64,000 nt of DNA from Paraphysomonas bandaiensis (lineage: Eukaryota > Protista > Chrysophyceae), in the NCBI GenBank assembly GCA_965644295.1, contig CBFFRP010000292.1:62001-126000 (forward strand), written 5' to 3'. This document shows positions 53,862 through 64,000 of this stretch, piece by piece. Under the pieces are notes generated by a model. It was not told the origin of the DNA. It saw nothing but the letters and a program-made list of their open reading frames with translations, and ran no database searches. The position numbers and the translations under genes were made by a program. Position 1 is the first letter of the stretch; every line of letters starts with the position of its first letter.

Positions 53862-56039
53862 ATGGCACGACGTGGTCTCTTCAGGGCTCCAAACAAATCT
53901 AGTCGCCTCGCCCCCGTCTTCCTAACTATATGTGCGCTTCTCGCTGTCGCTCTGTTGTACAGGCAGCAGTTACTTGACTTCAGTCTTCGTTTGCTGGACT
54001 CTACAGATGTATCGCCTGGTAGAAATCTTCGAAGTGGACTCTGTGAACCGGCTGACGATGAAAGCGACAGCGGCTGCCCGCAGGTAGCAGGAATTACATA
54101 TGCTATATTTACTTTTTCCCACTTTCTGAATGTACAGGGCACAGTACCAGAGATGGCAATTATATACGCCGTTGGGGCCTTGTACCTTTTTATTGCATTA
54201 GCAATTGTGTGTGATGAATTCTTTGTTCCCGCTCTGGAAGAGATTGGTGCAGCGTGGGAGATGAGTGATGACGTTGCAGGTGCAACTCTTATGGCTGCTG
54301 GTGGATCCGCGCCTGAGCTTGCGACATCTCTTATCGGTACATTCCGAGGATCGGATGTTGGGTTCGGCACTATTGTCGGATCTGCAGTGTTTAATGTACT
54401 ATTTGTAATTGCATGCTGTGTCCTTTGTACACCACCAGAACTTTCTCCTCTGAAGCTGACTGGATGGCCACTGGCTCGCGATTGCTTCTGCTACATTGTA
54501 TGTCTGCTGATGGTTGCTATGGTTTTTGGAGTGAACTCCCCTGGAATCATAGAGGCATGGGAGGCGGCATTTCTTTTCATGCTCTACATTATATACTGTG
54601 TAATAATGGCATTCAACGAGCAATTGTATGAATACTTCAACAAACCAGCTGAAGAATTGGGAGAGAAAAAGGCCTCCGATGAGGTCAATGATGTACTGCT
54701 CACGGATATGGCTTCTCCGCGTGGGTCTGCGCATTTTCCTTCCCATTACAGGGCTGGTTTTGTACAATTGCTAACTCAAGATAGATCTATTTTCGATACT
54801 GCTGCTGTGCATTGTGTAAAGGTTATTGATGGAGACGTGCGAGCAGTATTTGACAAGTTGGATACGGACGGGTCGGGCACCATTGATGCGATAGAACTGA
54901 AGAAACTTTTGATTGATCTCTACAACGGAAACCCAGAAGTTAAGGTAACGGATGAGTATGTCAACGAAATCATGAAGGAGCTCGATATTGACCGTAATGG
55001 TGTCGTGGACTTTTCTGAGTTCACTGTGTGGTATGTGAAATCGGAGGAGCGATTAAAAAATGAGGAAAAGCATATATTTGACGAATTGGATGTGGACAAA
55101 ACCGGTAGTATCCCCCTCAGTATGCTGGGGACTTTACTCAGTAAGCTGGATGTGAAGTATTCTCAGCAAAGCCTCGAAGAGGCTATACATTTCTTTCGCA
55201 CAGTGAGCCCAGCGACTGCTCAGAGTGACCGGGATCATATTATATGTGAAGAATACAGCGAATCCAGAGATTTCGAGATGCTCAACAAGGGTGTAGATGC
55301 CCCCAAACAGGCTAGCAGCACCATAACGTATCAGCAGTTTGCGAATTGGTTTGAGCACACTTCGTTGTGGAAGGAAAAACAACATGACGCTGAGATAGCT
55401 GCAGAGGCAGCAGAAGGTATATGGGGGGAACTCCTTGATTTCCCAAAGGAGTGCACGAGGGCTAATGTGATGTACGTTTTTCTTGCACCCATAACTTGGA
55501 CTCTGGCGTGCACAGTGGGTATAAAGGACGTCCGCATTCCTGGAAATAGTGGGTGGTGCTACTACCAATTTTTGTTCGCTATAGCCTGGATTGGCGCTTA
55601 TTCGTACTTAGTGGTGGACTGGATCGAGATTATTGGTGCCACCATTGGTGTGCCATCTGTGGTCATGGGTTTAACCGTACTTGCCGCTGGGACCAGCATC
55701 CCAGATCTTCTCTCTTCTGTCGTGGTGGCTAAGGCTGGTAAGGGAGACATGGCAGTGTCATCTTCTATTGGTAGCAATATATTCGACGTATGCGTGGGAC
55801 TACCCGTTCCATGGATGCTCTTTAACATATTCATGGACTGCCCTGTAGTCGTCGGAGCCGACAATCTCTTTGTCTCTGTTATCGTTCTTCTCGGAATGGT
55901 TGGCGCTGTAATATTTTCGGTCATGGCATCAGGGTGGAAAATGGACTACTCATTGGGAGGTGCTATGTTCGTATTTTACATCCTATTCGTCGTTCAGGAT
56001 GTTGTCCGCGTTTACCTGACAGAAGACATAGTCTGTTAA
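53862..56039 (+). CDS. K+-dependent Na+/Ca2+ exchanger (NCKX/SLC24-like) with EF-hands in the central loop
   Basis: Alpha-1 repeat GATLMAAGGSAPE; alpha-2 repeat AAGTSIPD...GDMAVSSSIGSNIFD. EF loops DTDGSGTIDAIE, DIDRNGVVDFSE and degenerate DVDKTGSIPLSM. Probable in-frame intron at 54084-54137. Confidence 0.95.
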   Translation: MARRGLFRAPNKSSRLAPVFLTICALLAVALLYRQQLLDFSLRLLDSTDVSPGRNLRSGLCEPADDESDSGCPQVAGITYAIFTFSHFLNVQGTVPEMAIIYAVGALYLFIALAIVCDEFFVPALEEIGAAWEMSDDVAGATLMAAGGSAPELATSLIGTFRGSDVGFGTIVGSAVFNVLFVIACCVLCTPPELSPLKLTGWPLARDCFCYIVCLLMVAMVFGVNSPGIIEAWEAAFLFMLYIIYCVIMAFNEQLYEYFNKPAEELGEKKASDEVNDVLLTDMASPRGSAHFPSHYRAGFVQLLTQDRSIFDTAAVHCVKVIDGDVRAVFDKLDTDGSGTIDAIELKKLLIDLYNGNPEVKVTDEYVNEIMKELDIDRNGVVDFSEFTVWYVKSEERLKNEEKHIFDELDVDKTGSIPLSMLGTLLSKLDVKYSQQSLEEAIHFFRTVSPATAQSDRDHIICEEYSESRDFEMLNKGVDAPKQASSTITYQQFANWFEHTSLWKEKQHDAEIAAEAAEGIWGELLDFPKECTRANVMYVFLAPITWTLACTVGIKDVRIPGNSGWCYYQFLFAIAWIGAYSYLVVDWIEIIGATIGVPSVVMGLTVLAAGTSIPDLLSSVVVAKAGKGDMAVSSSIGSNIFDVCVGLPVPWMLFNIFMDCPVVVGADNLFVSVIVLLGMVGAVIFSVMASGWKMDYSLGGAMFVFYILFVVQDVVRVYLTEDIVC

Positions 56040-56531
56040 AATCCACTATGTGTTTGTGCTGAAACTGTATTGTATAGTATATTTGTGATAATGTGTGCGT
56101 AGTTTTAGATGTACTCTGTCCTGTGAGAAACGTCGAATGGTCAACATGACGATTGTGCATACAACTTGGTGGAATTGTATAGTCTGATATTGCTGACTTG
56201 AGACTATTTATGAAATTCTAACTTTTACTGCTCTACAATATTTATATATTGACTGAAGTGTAGTAGAATTCGCTTGGGCAACGCGTAAAACCACGAAACG
56301 CTTGGAAATTTAAGCTACACGCACGTAAATACCATCTCACCGCTCTTACTGCATGTTTCTAGTGATTTTCACTAACTGATTTCTAGTGATGATAATAAAT
56401 GGAGGTGGTTAACATATTGATAAACCTAAATTCTGAAATAGCACCACCACACTATTGATTATTGATAAAAGATAGAAGTACTAAAACCAGTCATATATAA
56501 TATCATTTCTTGTGCCTTGTACAGCCATGCA

Positions 56532-57040
56532 TATATTGAAAGTCTTATTATTATTATTATTAGCAATAGGCGTTAAAAACCTGCACCAACTTAGTAGCTA
56601 GATGAATGTTAGACAAACTAGTTAGACCTCTACCTGTAACTAGTAACTAATCAGTACACACTTTTTTCATCCTACTATTTAACGCTACGGAAGCTGCTTG
56701 TGCGTCGCCGCAAGCACCAAGGTGCGACCACTTCCGCTCTGATTTCTTAAGGTGAACATCCCGGATGCTTCACTTCAGCAGGCAGCCCAATACCCCGGTT
56801 ACCCTTCAGGTGGGCCCATTCCCGGATGCCTGTTTATTCATCAGGGCCCAAAGACGTCTACACAAGTGACACTTATTGGTGTCCCTTGTACCACACAAGC
56901 ATTCGGCTATGAGTGGGCAGAAGAATATCTGCTGACTATGTTTGCGGCTCACGTTAGTTTCCCAGAGAGAATCTCCGGTACTTATCCCCCAGAACACCAC
57001 CACACGAAATGGTGCGAGTCCGACTTTTTTGAGGGGCCAT
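56532..57040 (-). repeat. Family A repeat, most complete copy
   Basis: Contains flank, longest (TAT)n run, terminus, core and distal segment; it links all the other fragments. Confidence 0.9.
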
Positions 57041-58259
57041 GCATAGACAGGTACTAATAGTAAATATTAATTCAGTTTATTTCTACCATTTATCGTATTC
57101 ACGTATATGACATAATATATATAACATTAGTTTTGTTTCTGCTCTGCAGTTACAGTTACAACATACACCAACACCGCTTTCGCTTATATTGAATGTCTGA
57201 TTATTACCTACTAGTCAAGCGGTTGAAAAACCTAGTCATTTAATAATTCATATTTTCATTTAACAATGACTAGGCTAACAAGGTGTTTATGGTATTCACC
57301 TAGTCAAAATAAAAAATTCATTCAAGCATGAAAGCATACTCTAGCTATCAAAATTAATAAATGTAAATATTGTATACATGCTATACATCACATTTCAAAG
57401 TCACATTCCAATGAGATAAAAAGCAGAATTAACAACAGGAAGTGGTCACAGGAAGTTGTTTGTTGGATAGCGCCCTTCTATGGGTTGTGGTGACGTGGAG
57501 TAGGGTGGGTATGTTCGGTTAGGGTTCTGTGGAAGGTGTATTGTGGCGTCGTGGTAGTACAGTAGTACGTGGAGATGCCGTTTGCGTCTGAGAGGAGGGG
57601 CAGTGAATGTGGTGTTGTCCTCAAACTGTTGTAGAGCGGGGCGGAACAGGTTAACTATGATTGCCAATATCATTCTCTCCGGCCGCACTCTACTATTGCA
57701 GCCGACGAGTAGCACCGGCGGGCGACTATACTTCATGTTATTTTATTGGCGATATGTGCACACGTGCTGATACTATATACAATGCTGCTGAGATTTATTG
57801 AGTTCTGTTTTTGTGGGCTTATTACATAAAACTCACAAAATTCCGCCATCATACCAGAAACACTATCTACATGCCATCTCTAGTTATATTATTTATCTAA
57901 CCACGGGTTATAAGGAGGCTATATTATATTGTCCAGCGCTTAAATTTTTGAAGCGTAAAGATTATAATTTACTCCTTCTTATCTCTAGTAGGTTAAATTG
58001 TAGCTAATCCTCATGATGTCGAAAATCAAACACATCTGATGGTAGTCCAAATCCCAGTAATTATAATGGCATTAATGTAAAATGATTCGGCAATTACAAT
58101 GACATTAGCATTAATGACCCATTAATGGCCGTTAGTACCTAAGTAGATAACACCACTCATAATAGAGATAGTGTGGTGCTCCCTTAATTACTAATTTAGT
58201 TAAATAACAGACTACGAATCTACTTCTTCTCGCTCTCCTCTGGCACATCAGGATCTTCT

Positions 58260-58560
58260 TGCAGGGCTTGATGATGGAAGGCATAAGCATCTCACAACAT
58301 GTAATTGGCTCGTACGAATAACAACAATTCTGGACATTATAAATTAATGCTTCTACGCTCAGGTGTCATAATCAATTTTTCACGACTAAAGAGCATCTCA
58401 ACAACAACATTAGATTGTGTTACAATATAAAGCCAGCAGCGGTAGTTGGACTCAAAAGGTACCAAGTCGAGCTTTCTTGGTGACCTTGGCGCTTTCCAGA
58501 ACATGCTGTGCAAATTCAGTTCCTTCACTTTTTGTTGTGATTACTGTTGGATGAGAGAAA
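58260..58560 (-). mobile_element. hAT-like transposase C-terminal (dimerisation region) relic
   Basis: Minus strand reads TEFAQHVLESAK, TQSNVVVEMLFSREKLIMTPERRS and ELLLFVRANYML*D, resembling the hATC pattern TS..VERLFS.AK......R.S....E.LLFL..N..LW. Confidence 0.65.
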
Positions 58561-58763
58561 ACTGACATTCTTAAACGTCTTTAGATCTTTGATCAGAAAA
58601 CAAATATAAAGCCGAACAAAAGAATATGACTCGGTGATCTTGCGAATCCACTCGGAAGAAGGCTCTGCAAATTACACTGCCATCAACGTTTGTTGGCCAT
58701 CATGGGGATAAAACAATTGCTTCACCAAATTTCCAAAGTTGCGTGGATGCAAGTAAATGTCTG

Positions 58764-58783
58764 TTTATTTAGCAATAGGCGTT
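58764..58783 (-). repeat. Family A terminal 20-mer
   Basis: TTTATTTAGCAATAGGCGTT, matching the family terminus. Confidence 0.5.
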
Positions 58784-59232
58784 CAAGAAATATATTATAT
58801 ATATGAACGGCTGCTTAATCATTAATAACGCTTGAATAAAGATGAACTCATTTATCTATTCACAAACCTTGAAAAAATTGACAAAGCTATTATAGGGAGG
58901 CAAAAATTCCAATTCAACGGAATCGATATCACTTAGATATTATGGCTATTAGGTGCTCGGGGCGATCGTGAGGGAGATATAGTATAACTATGTAGTCAAA
59001 TACACCGATCTATGCGTAGAAGGTAGAAGCCAAGATAAACACTTCAAAATAAGCACGAACTCCCTTTACGTACTGTCAAGTAGTGTATGTTAAGGATATA
59101 GCATCAATAAAAAAGTTAGCAATTTCCAATGAAGTGCTGTCTGAATTCCTCATGCCAGCTAACTAGGATAAACACTACTCATGTAAAATTGCAATCAAGA
59201 CGAAACAACTTTACAATTTTATTAAAATCTGC

Positions 59233-60030
59233 CTATAGATAAGTTTCACGACTATCCTCGCTATCAGCGAGGAGCCTATTGTCCAAGAGAAAGTCAATGT
59301 CGTCTCCATCTTTGTCAACACATGCAACAGGCGTCATAATATTTACAATGACATCAAGAGGCTTAATAATCTGCGGTATAAGGAGACAAATAAACCCAGG
59401 GCCAAGAGAATATGAAACTGTGTTTCCTGCTGTGGTAGAGTCAGGTAGGTGTCGGAAACATCCATCCAGAAAGAGGGAAAGTGACGAAAGGGTGGTGAGT
59501 GTACTAACTATGCCAGTAAGAATGGCCATGAACTTCTGACAGTTCATATCACCTTCACGAGTCGACCTCTTTAAATCTGTCATTATGGTTGGGATTGAAG
59601 TAATCAAGTTTACAATTACAACCTTGAAGGTCGAATCGCATGCATCTTTACACTTGTCACAGAATCCCCTATTCCCACTGTCCACATTACTACATTCAGA
59701 GGAATCCCATTCATAGGACACAACCGAGTCGCCATCATCCACGACAACAGCCTTTAAACCAACGAAAAACATCGTATTTTCAGAGTGTATTTTCCCTTGT
59801 GTCCAGAATGAGTTCATCACAACAGACCTCTTCGTAGAGGTCGATACCACCGGCACCACTGAGAGAGCTGTCGACACAACCGCTAAGAGCGCCATGAACA
59901 GCATGATCGGCCGTCTGTGTCTATCGAAGAAATCAAATCCAGTGGTCCCAACTTTACCGCAACAAGAACTCTCCTCGCAGAGTCTCCTGACACCAGGACA
60001 CACACAACACACTGGGTCAGGGACGTACAT
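59233..60030 (-). CDS. Cys-rich four-TM membrane protein (claudin/PMP22-like topology), function unknown
   Basis: Intronless 265 aa ORF with four hydrophobic segments. First loop has W...(F)VGL and a C..C..C..C pattern; YSLGPGF precedes TM4. Confidence 0.7.
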   Translation of the reverse strand: MYVPDPVCCVCPGVRRLCEESSCCGKVGTTGFDFFDRHRRPIMLFMALLAVVSTALSVVPVVSTSTKRSVVMNSFWTQGKIHSENTMFFVGLKAVVVDDGDSVVSYEWDSSECSNVDSGNRGFCDKCKDACDSTFKVVIVNLITSIPTIMTDLKRSTREGDMNCQKFMAILTGIVSTLTTLSSLSLFLDGCFRHLPDSTTAGNTVSYSLGPGFICLLIPQIIKPLDVIVNIMTPVACVDKDGDDIDFLLDNRLLADSEDSRETYL

Positions 60031-60142
60031 TAGAAACAGATGACAATGATCAGATAACAGCTGTCCTCATGAGTGTTTCACGAGGAGATGATAACTATGC
60101 CATGCATGTCAGAAATAACTAATCCAACCACCACCAAGATAC

Positions 60143-60143
<1 letters not shown>

Positions 60144-60173
<30 letters not shown>

Positions 60174-60900
60174 TGTATGTATGTATGTATGTATGTATGT
60201 ATGTATGTATGTATGTATGTATGTATGTATGTATGTATGTATGTATGTATGTATGTATGTATGTATGTATGTATGTATGTATGTATGTATGTATGTATGT
60301 ATGTATGTATGTATGTATGTATGTATGTATGTATGTATGTATGTATGTATGTCTGTATGTCTGTATGTATGTATGTATGTATGTATGTATGTATGTATGT
60401 ATGTATGTATGTATGTATGTATGTATGTATGTATGTATGTATGTATGTATGTATGTATGTATGTATGTATGTATGTATGTATGTATGTATGTATGTATGT
60501 ATGTATGTATGTATGTATGTATGTATGTATGTATGTATGTATGTATGTATGTATGTATGTATGTATGTATGTATGTATGTATGTATGTATGTATGTATGT
60601 ATGTATGTATGTATGTATGTATGTATGTATGTATGTATGTATGTATGTATGTATGTATGTATGTATGTATGTATGTATGTATGTATGTATGTATGTATGT
60701 ATGATGTATGTATGTATGTATGTATGTATGTATGTATGTATGTATGTATGTATGTATGTATGTATGTATGTATGTATGTATGTATGTATGTATGTATGTA
60801 TGTATGTATGTATGTATGTATGTATGTATGTATGTATGTATGTATGTATGTATGTATGTATGTATGTATGTATGTATGTATGTATGTATGTATGTATGTA
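60144..60900. repeat. (TATG)n microsatellite, about 190 units
   Basis: Near-perfect tract with A>C changes at 60353 and 60361 and a 1-nt deletion near 60704. Degenerate tail continues to about 61000. Confidence 0.99.
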
Positions 60901-61104
60901 TAGTCGTTGACTGCAGTGTATGTCTAGATGTCTTGGTGTTGTGTATGTATCTGTTGAGTGTATGTATGGTTATACAGTCCTACATGTATTGCATGTATGT
61001 ATTGCATCTCAGTGTGCTCATAACTTATCAATGACATGTCTAATATAGTTCCTCTTTGACGTCATTAAATGTCAGTGCTATAAACACTCCCCACTATTCT
61101 CATA

Positions 61105-64000
61105 ATGAACAGGCGGAGGAATTCCTTCTCTCGGGAGTCATCTTTACCGAAGAATTGGCCGAACTCAACATCGACAGACATTGCAGCCAATCCCAACAGA
61201 GTGGTGGTGCTGGGGGGCGAGCAGCGCTATTCTTTTAAGAGTAACTTTGTTAAAACTTCAAAATATGAAGTGTGGAATTTCTTGCCGAAGTTTTTGATGG
61301 AAGAATTCAACCCAAAAACGAAAGTTGCCAATTGTTATTTTTTGTTAGTTTCTGCGCTGCAGTGCATTCCGTCGATATCGAACACATTCGGCTATCCAAC
61401 CACATTACTTCCTCTCATTGTTGTTGTTGTTGTGGATGCAATATTTGCAATTATCGAGGATTACGGACGGCACAAAGCTGATACTGAGGCCAATGGGTCG
61501 ATGGCTCAGGTATATAGCCCCACGGAGTCAGATTTTGTGGAGATGAAATGGGCTGACATATGTGTTGGAGATTTTGTATATATTAAATCACGGGAAAAGA
61601 TTCCGGCAGATGTTGTTATCCTCAGTGTGGCAGAAAAGACTAAAATTCCAGCGGGTATTTGTTATGTCGAAACGAAATCCCTTGATGGCGAGACGAATCT
61701 GAAGATCCGGAATGCAATGTCCAACACCCTAGCTGTGGTAAGTATAGCTTAGTATGTACTTATGCATATATGAGTAACGCACGTATCTGTAATATTATTT
61801 TAGGTGAATAGTACGACTGCTCTAAGCAATGTGGCCGGTGAGATTACAATGGAACATCCAAATAAACTGATCGATACCTTCAACGGAGTGTTGAGTGTAG
61901 ATGGGATGGGTCGGGAGGCCATCATGGCCAATCATGTGCTTCTTCGTGGATGTGTACTTCGAAACACTGATTGGGTTATTGGCGTTGTGGTCAACAGTGG
62001 CCACGATACGAAAATCATGATGAGCGCCACAGCGACCCCATCCAAGACCTCGTTCCTTGAGCACACTGCTTCAAGCGAGATCCAAAGGATCATCGTTCTG
62101 CTTGCGTTTGTGTGTTTGGTAGGCTCCACAGGGGCGACTATATGGAATGATACGCAAAATGTTGAAAACATGTGGTATTTGGATTGGGACCCAAGTCCTG
62201 GGTCTTATTGGGTAATCCAGTTCTTTTACTTCTTTCTCTTGCATGCAACTTTCATTCCCGTCTCTCTGTATGTGTCAATGACACTGATCCGTTTTTTCCA
62301 GTCATATTTCATGAACAATGACCTAGAGATGTACTACGAGCGAACAGACACTCCTTCTGTTGTCCGCACGATGACACTCAATGAAGAGCTTGGTCAAATC
62401 TCGCATGTCTTTTCCGATAAGACTGGCACCCTTACTTGTAATGTGATGGATTTCAGGAAAGCCTCCATTAATGGCGTATCGTATGGACTGGGGATTACCG
62501 AAATTGGTAAGGCGTCTTGGAAACTGCAGGGGAAAAGTATTCCAGATGATATTTTGTGCGGAGAAGAGAATGCCAAAAAGGCTTCAGTACCGCATGTGTC
62601 GTTTTATGACCCTAAATATGATGCGGATGTGGCGAGAGGCGGGACCCAAAAGGAATCAATTCAGCAATTCTTTCGCATTCTATCTCTCTGTCATGACACT
62701 ATTCCTGAACGTATCGACGACAAGATCAAACTCTCCGCTTCCAACCCTGACGATGAGGCACTGCTCTGTGCCGCGTCGTATTTTGGTTTCGAATTTCGCG
62801 ACCGGCGCTCCAAAACTGCATTAGTTTTTAACAAAGAGGAAAATGTGATGGAGGAGATAGAAGTTCTGGAAACGATTGCTTTCACATCAAAACGCAAACG
62901 TATGTCGGTAATTGTAAAGTATAGGGATGGGTCAATACAGCTACTCTGTAAGGGAGCTGATAGCACAATGGTTCCCCGTCTCCATGAAGGGCAGGATGAC
63001 TTGCTGGCAGAGACTGACGACCACATGCGACTGTATTCGGTGGAGGGTCTGAGGTGTCTACTTGTAGGATACAAGAATCTAAGTCCTGAAGAGTTTTCCA
63101 AATTCAGCGCGCACTACAATGAAGTAGCGACCAATATGGAGGAATTAGAAAAGCGGAAGGAAGGAATGCCTAACCTGATAGAAGAAGCGGAGGACGAAAT
63201 GGAGCAAGGGCTCACCCTCGTTGGTTGCACCGCGATCGAAGATAAGTTACAGGACGGAGTACCCGAGGCTATTGCGCAGATTGCCAAGGCAGGGATAAAC
63301 ATTTGGGTCCTCACTGGCGACAAGGAAGAGACCGCTATCAATATCGCCGTCGCCTGCAACCTTGTACTTCCTCAGCAATATATGAGGCACGTTATCGTCA
63401 ATAAAAAGACATGTCCCACTCCTGAGAAAATAAGGGAACTACTGGAGGCCGAAACCAAGGTACGCGATTTTGTGTGATTGCAAACGGTGTATATTATACT
63501 TCATGTCACAGCACTGTGAAGAAGACATAAGGGCACATGAGCAGGGCCAACCGCTTCTCCCTCGTGCTTTAATAATTGATGGGCCGTCACTCATTGGTGT
63601 CATGATGGATGAAGCCGCCAAGAGAACATTACTAGAATTCAGTAAGATATGCAAGGCTGTTGTGGGATGCAGGTTTTGTTACTACTCTGCTTTGTAATAT
63701 TAGTGACTTGTTCGCCAGAGTTTCGCCAGATCAGAAGAGAGAAATGGTAAACATGATAAAGACTGGTGTTGAGGGGGTACGCACCCTTTCCATTGGTGAT
63801 GGAGCGAACGATGTTGCAATGATTCAGGAGGCTCATATTGGAGTGGGAATAAGAGGCGAGGAGGGTATTCAGGCTACAAATGCCTCCGACTACGCAATTG
63901 CTCAGTTCCGTTATCTTGCTGTACTGCTCCTGAAGCATGGAAGATACAACTACATTCGAATGTGTGCTCTAGTGTGCTATATGTTCTACAAAAATATTTT
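61105..64000 (+). CDS. P4-type ATPase (phospholipid flippase), 3' partial
   Basis: [73 protein letters not shown]. Confidence 0.97.

Noticed and set aside
56800-56850. Possible hammerhead ribozyme (CTGATGA on the minus strand) in family A
   Set aside because: No stem II plus GAAA follows, and the core differs in other copies (TTGAGGA, CTGACGG).
60073-61034. MYVC-repeat ORFs
   Set aside because: Translations of the (TATG)n microsatellite.
1-64000. Alternative genetic code, non-canonical introns, tRNA/rRNA genes
   Set aside because: The ORF breaks I checked are explained by GT-AG introns, and I recognised no structural RNA gene by eye.

Overview
Gene-dense eukaryotic nuclear DNA in the standard genetic code, with many short GT-AG introns (mostly about 45-65 nt). 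Gene style suggests a stramenopile, probably chrysophyte-like; this is inference only. Fifteen protein-coding genes can be reconstructed: a partial IQ/coiled-coil protein, a giant LRR-mucin-REJ polycystin-1-like receptor, a retinol-saturase-like flavoprotein, a BTB protein, two GOST-family 7TM proteins (TMEM87/GPR107-like and TMEM181-like), NAF1, a CAMK-type kinase, an HDAC-family deacetylase, AIM24, a GT17 glycosyltransferase, a DysF-C2-Sec6-like-C2 giant protein, an EF-hand-containing NCKX exchanger, a tetraspan protein and a partial P4-ATPase. Intergenic spacers hold decayed Ty1/copia and hAT relics, a ~760 bp (TATG)n tract and an unnamed dispersed repeat family ('family A', at least 8 loci). 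Family A has a shared end, a variable (TAA)n tail, a conserved flank and one twin-priming-like inversion. The best candidates for something new are the DysF/C2/Sec6-like fusion, family A and the polycystin-like receptor. Domain calls come from motif recognition by eye, not database searches.
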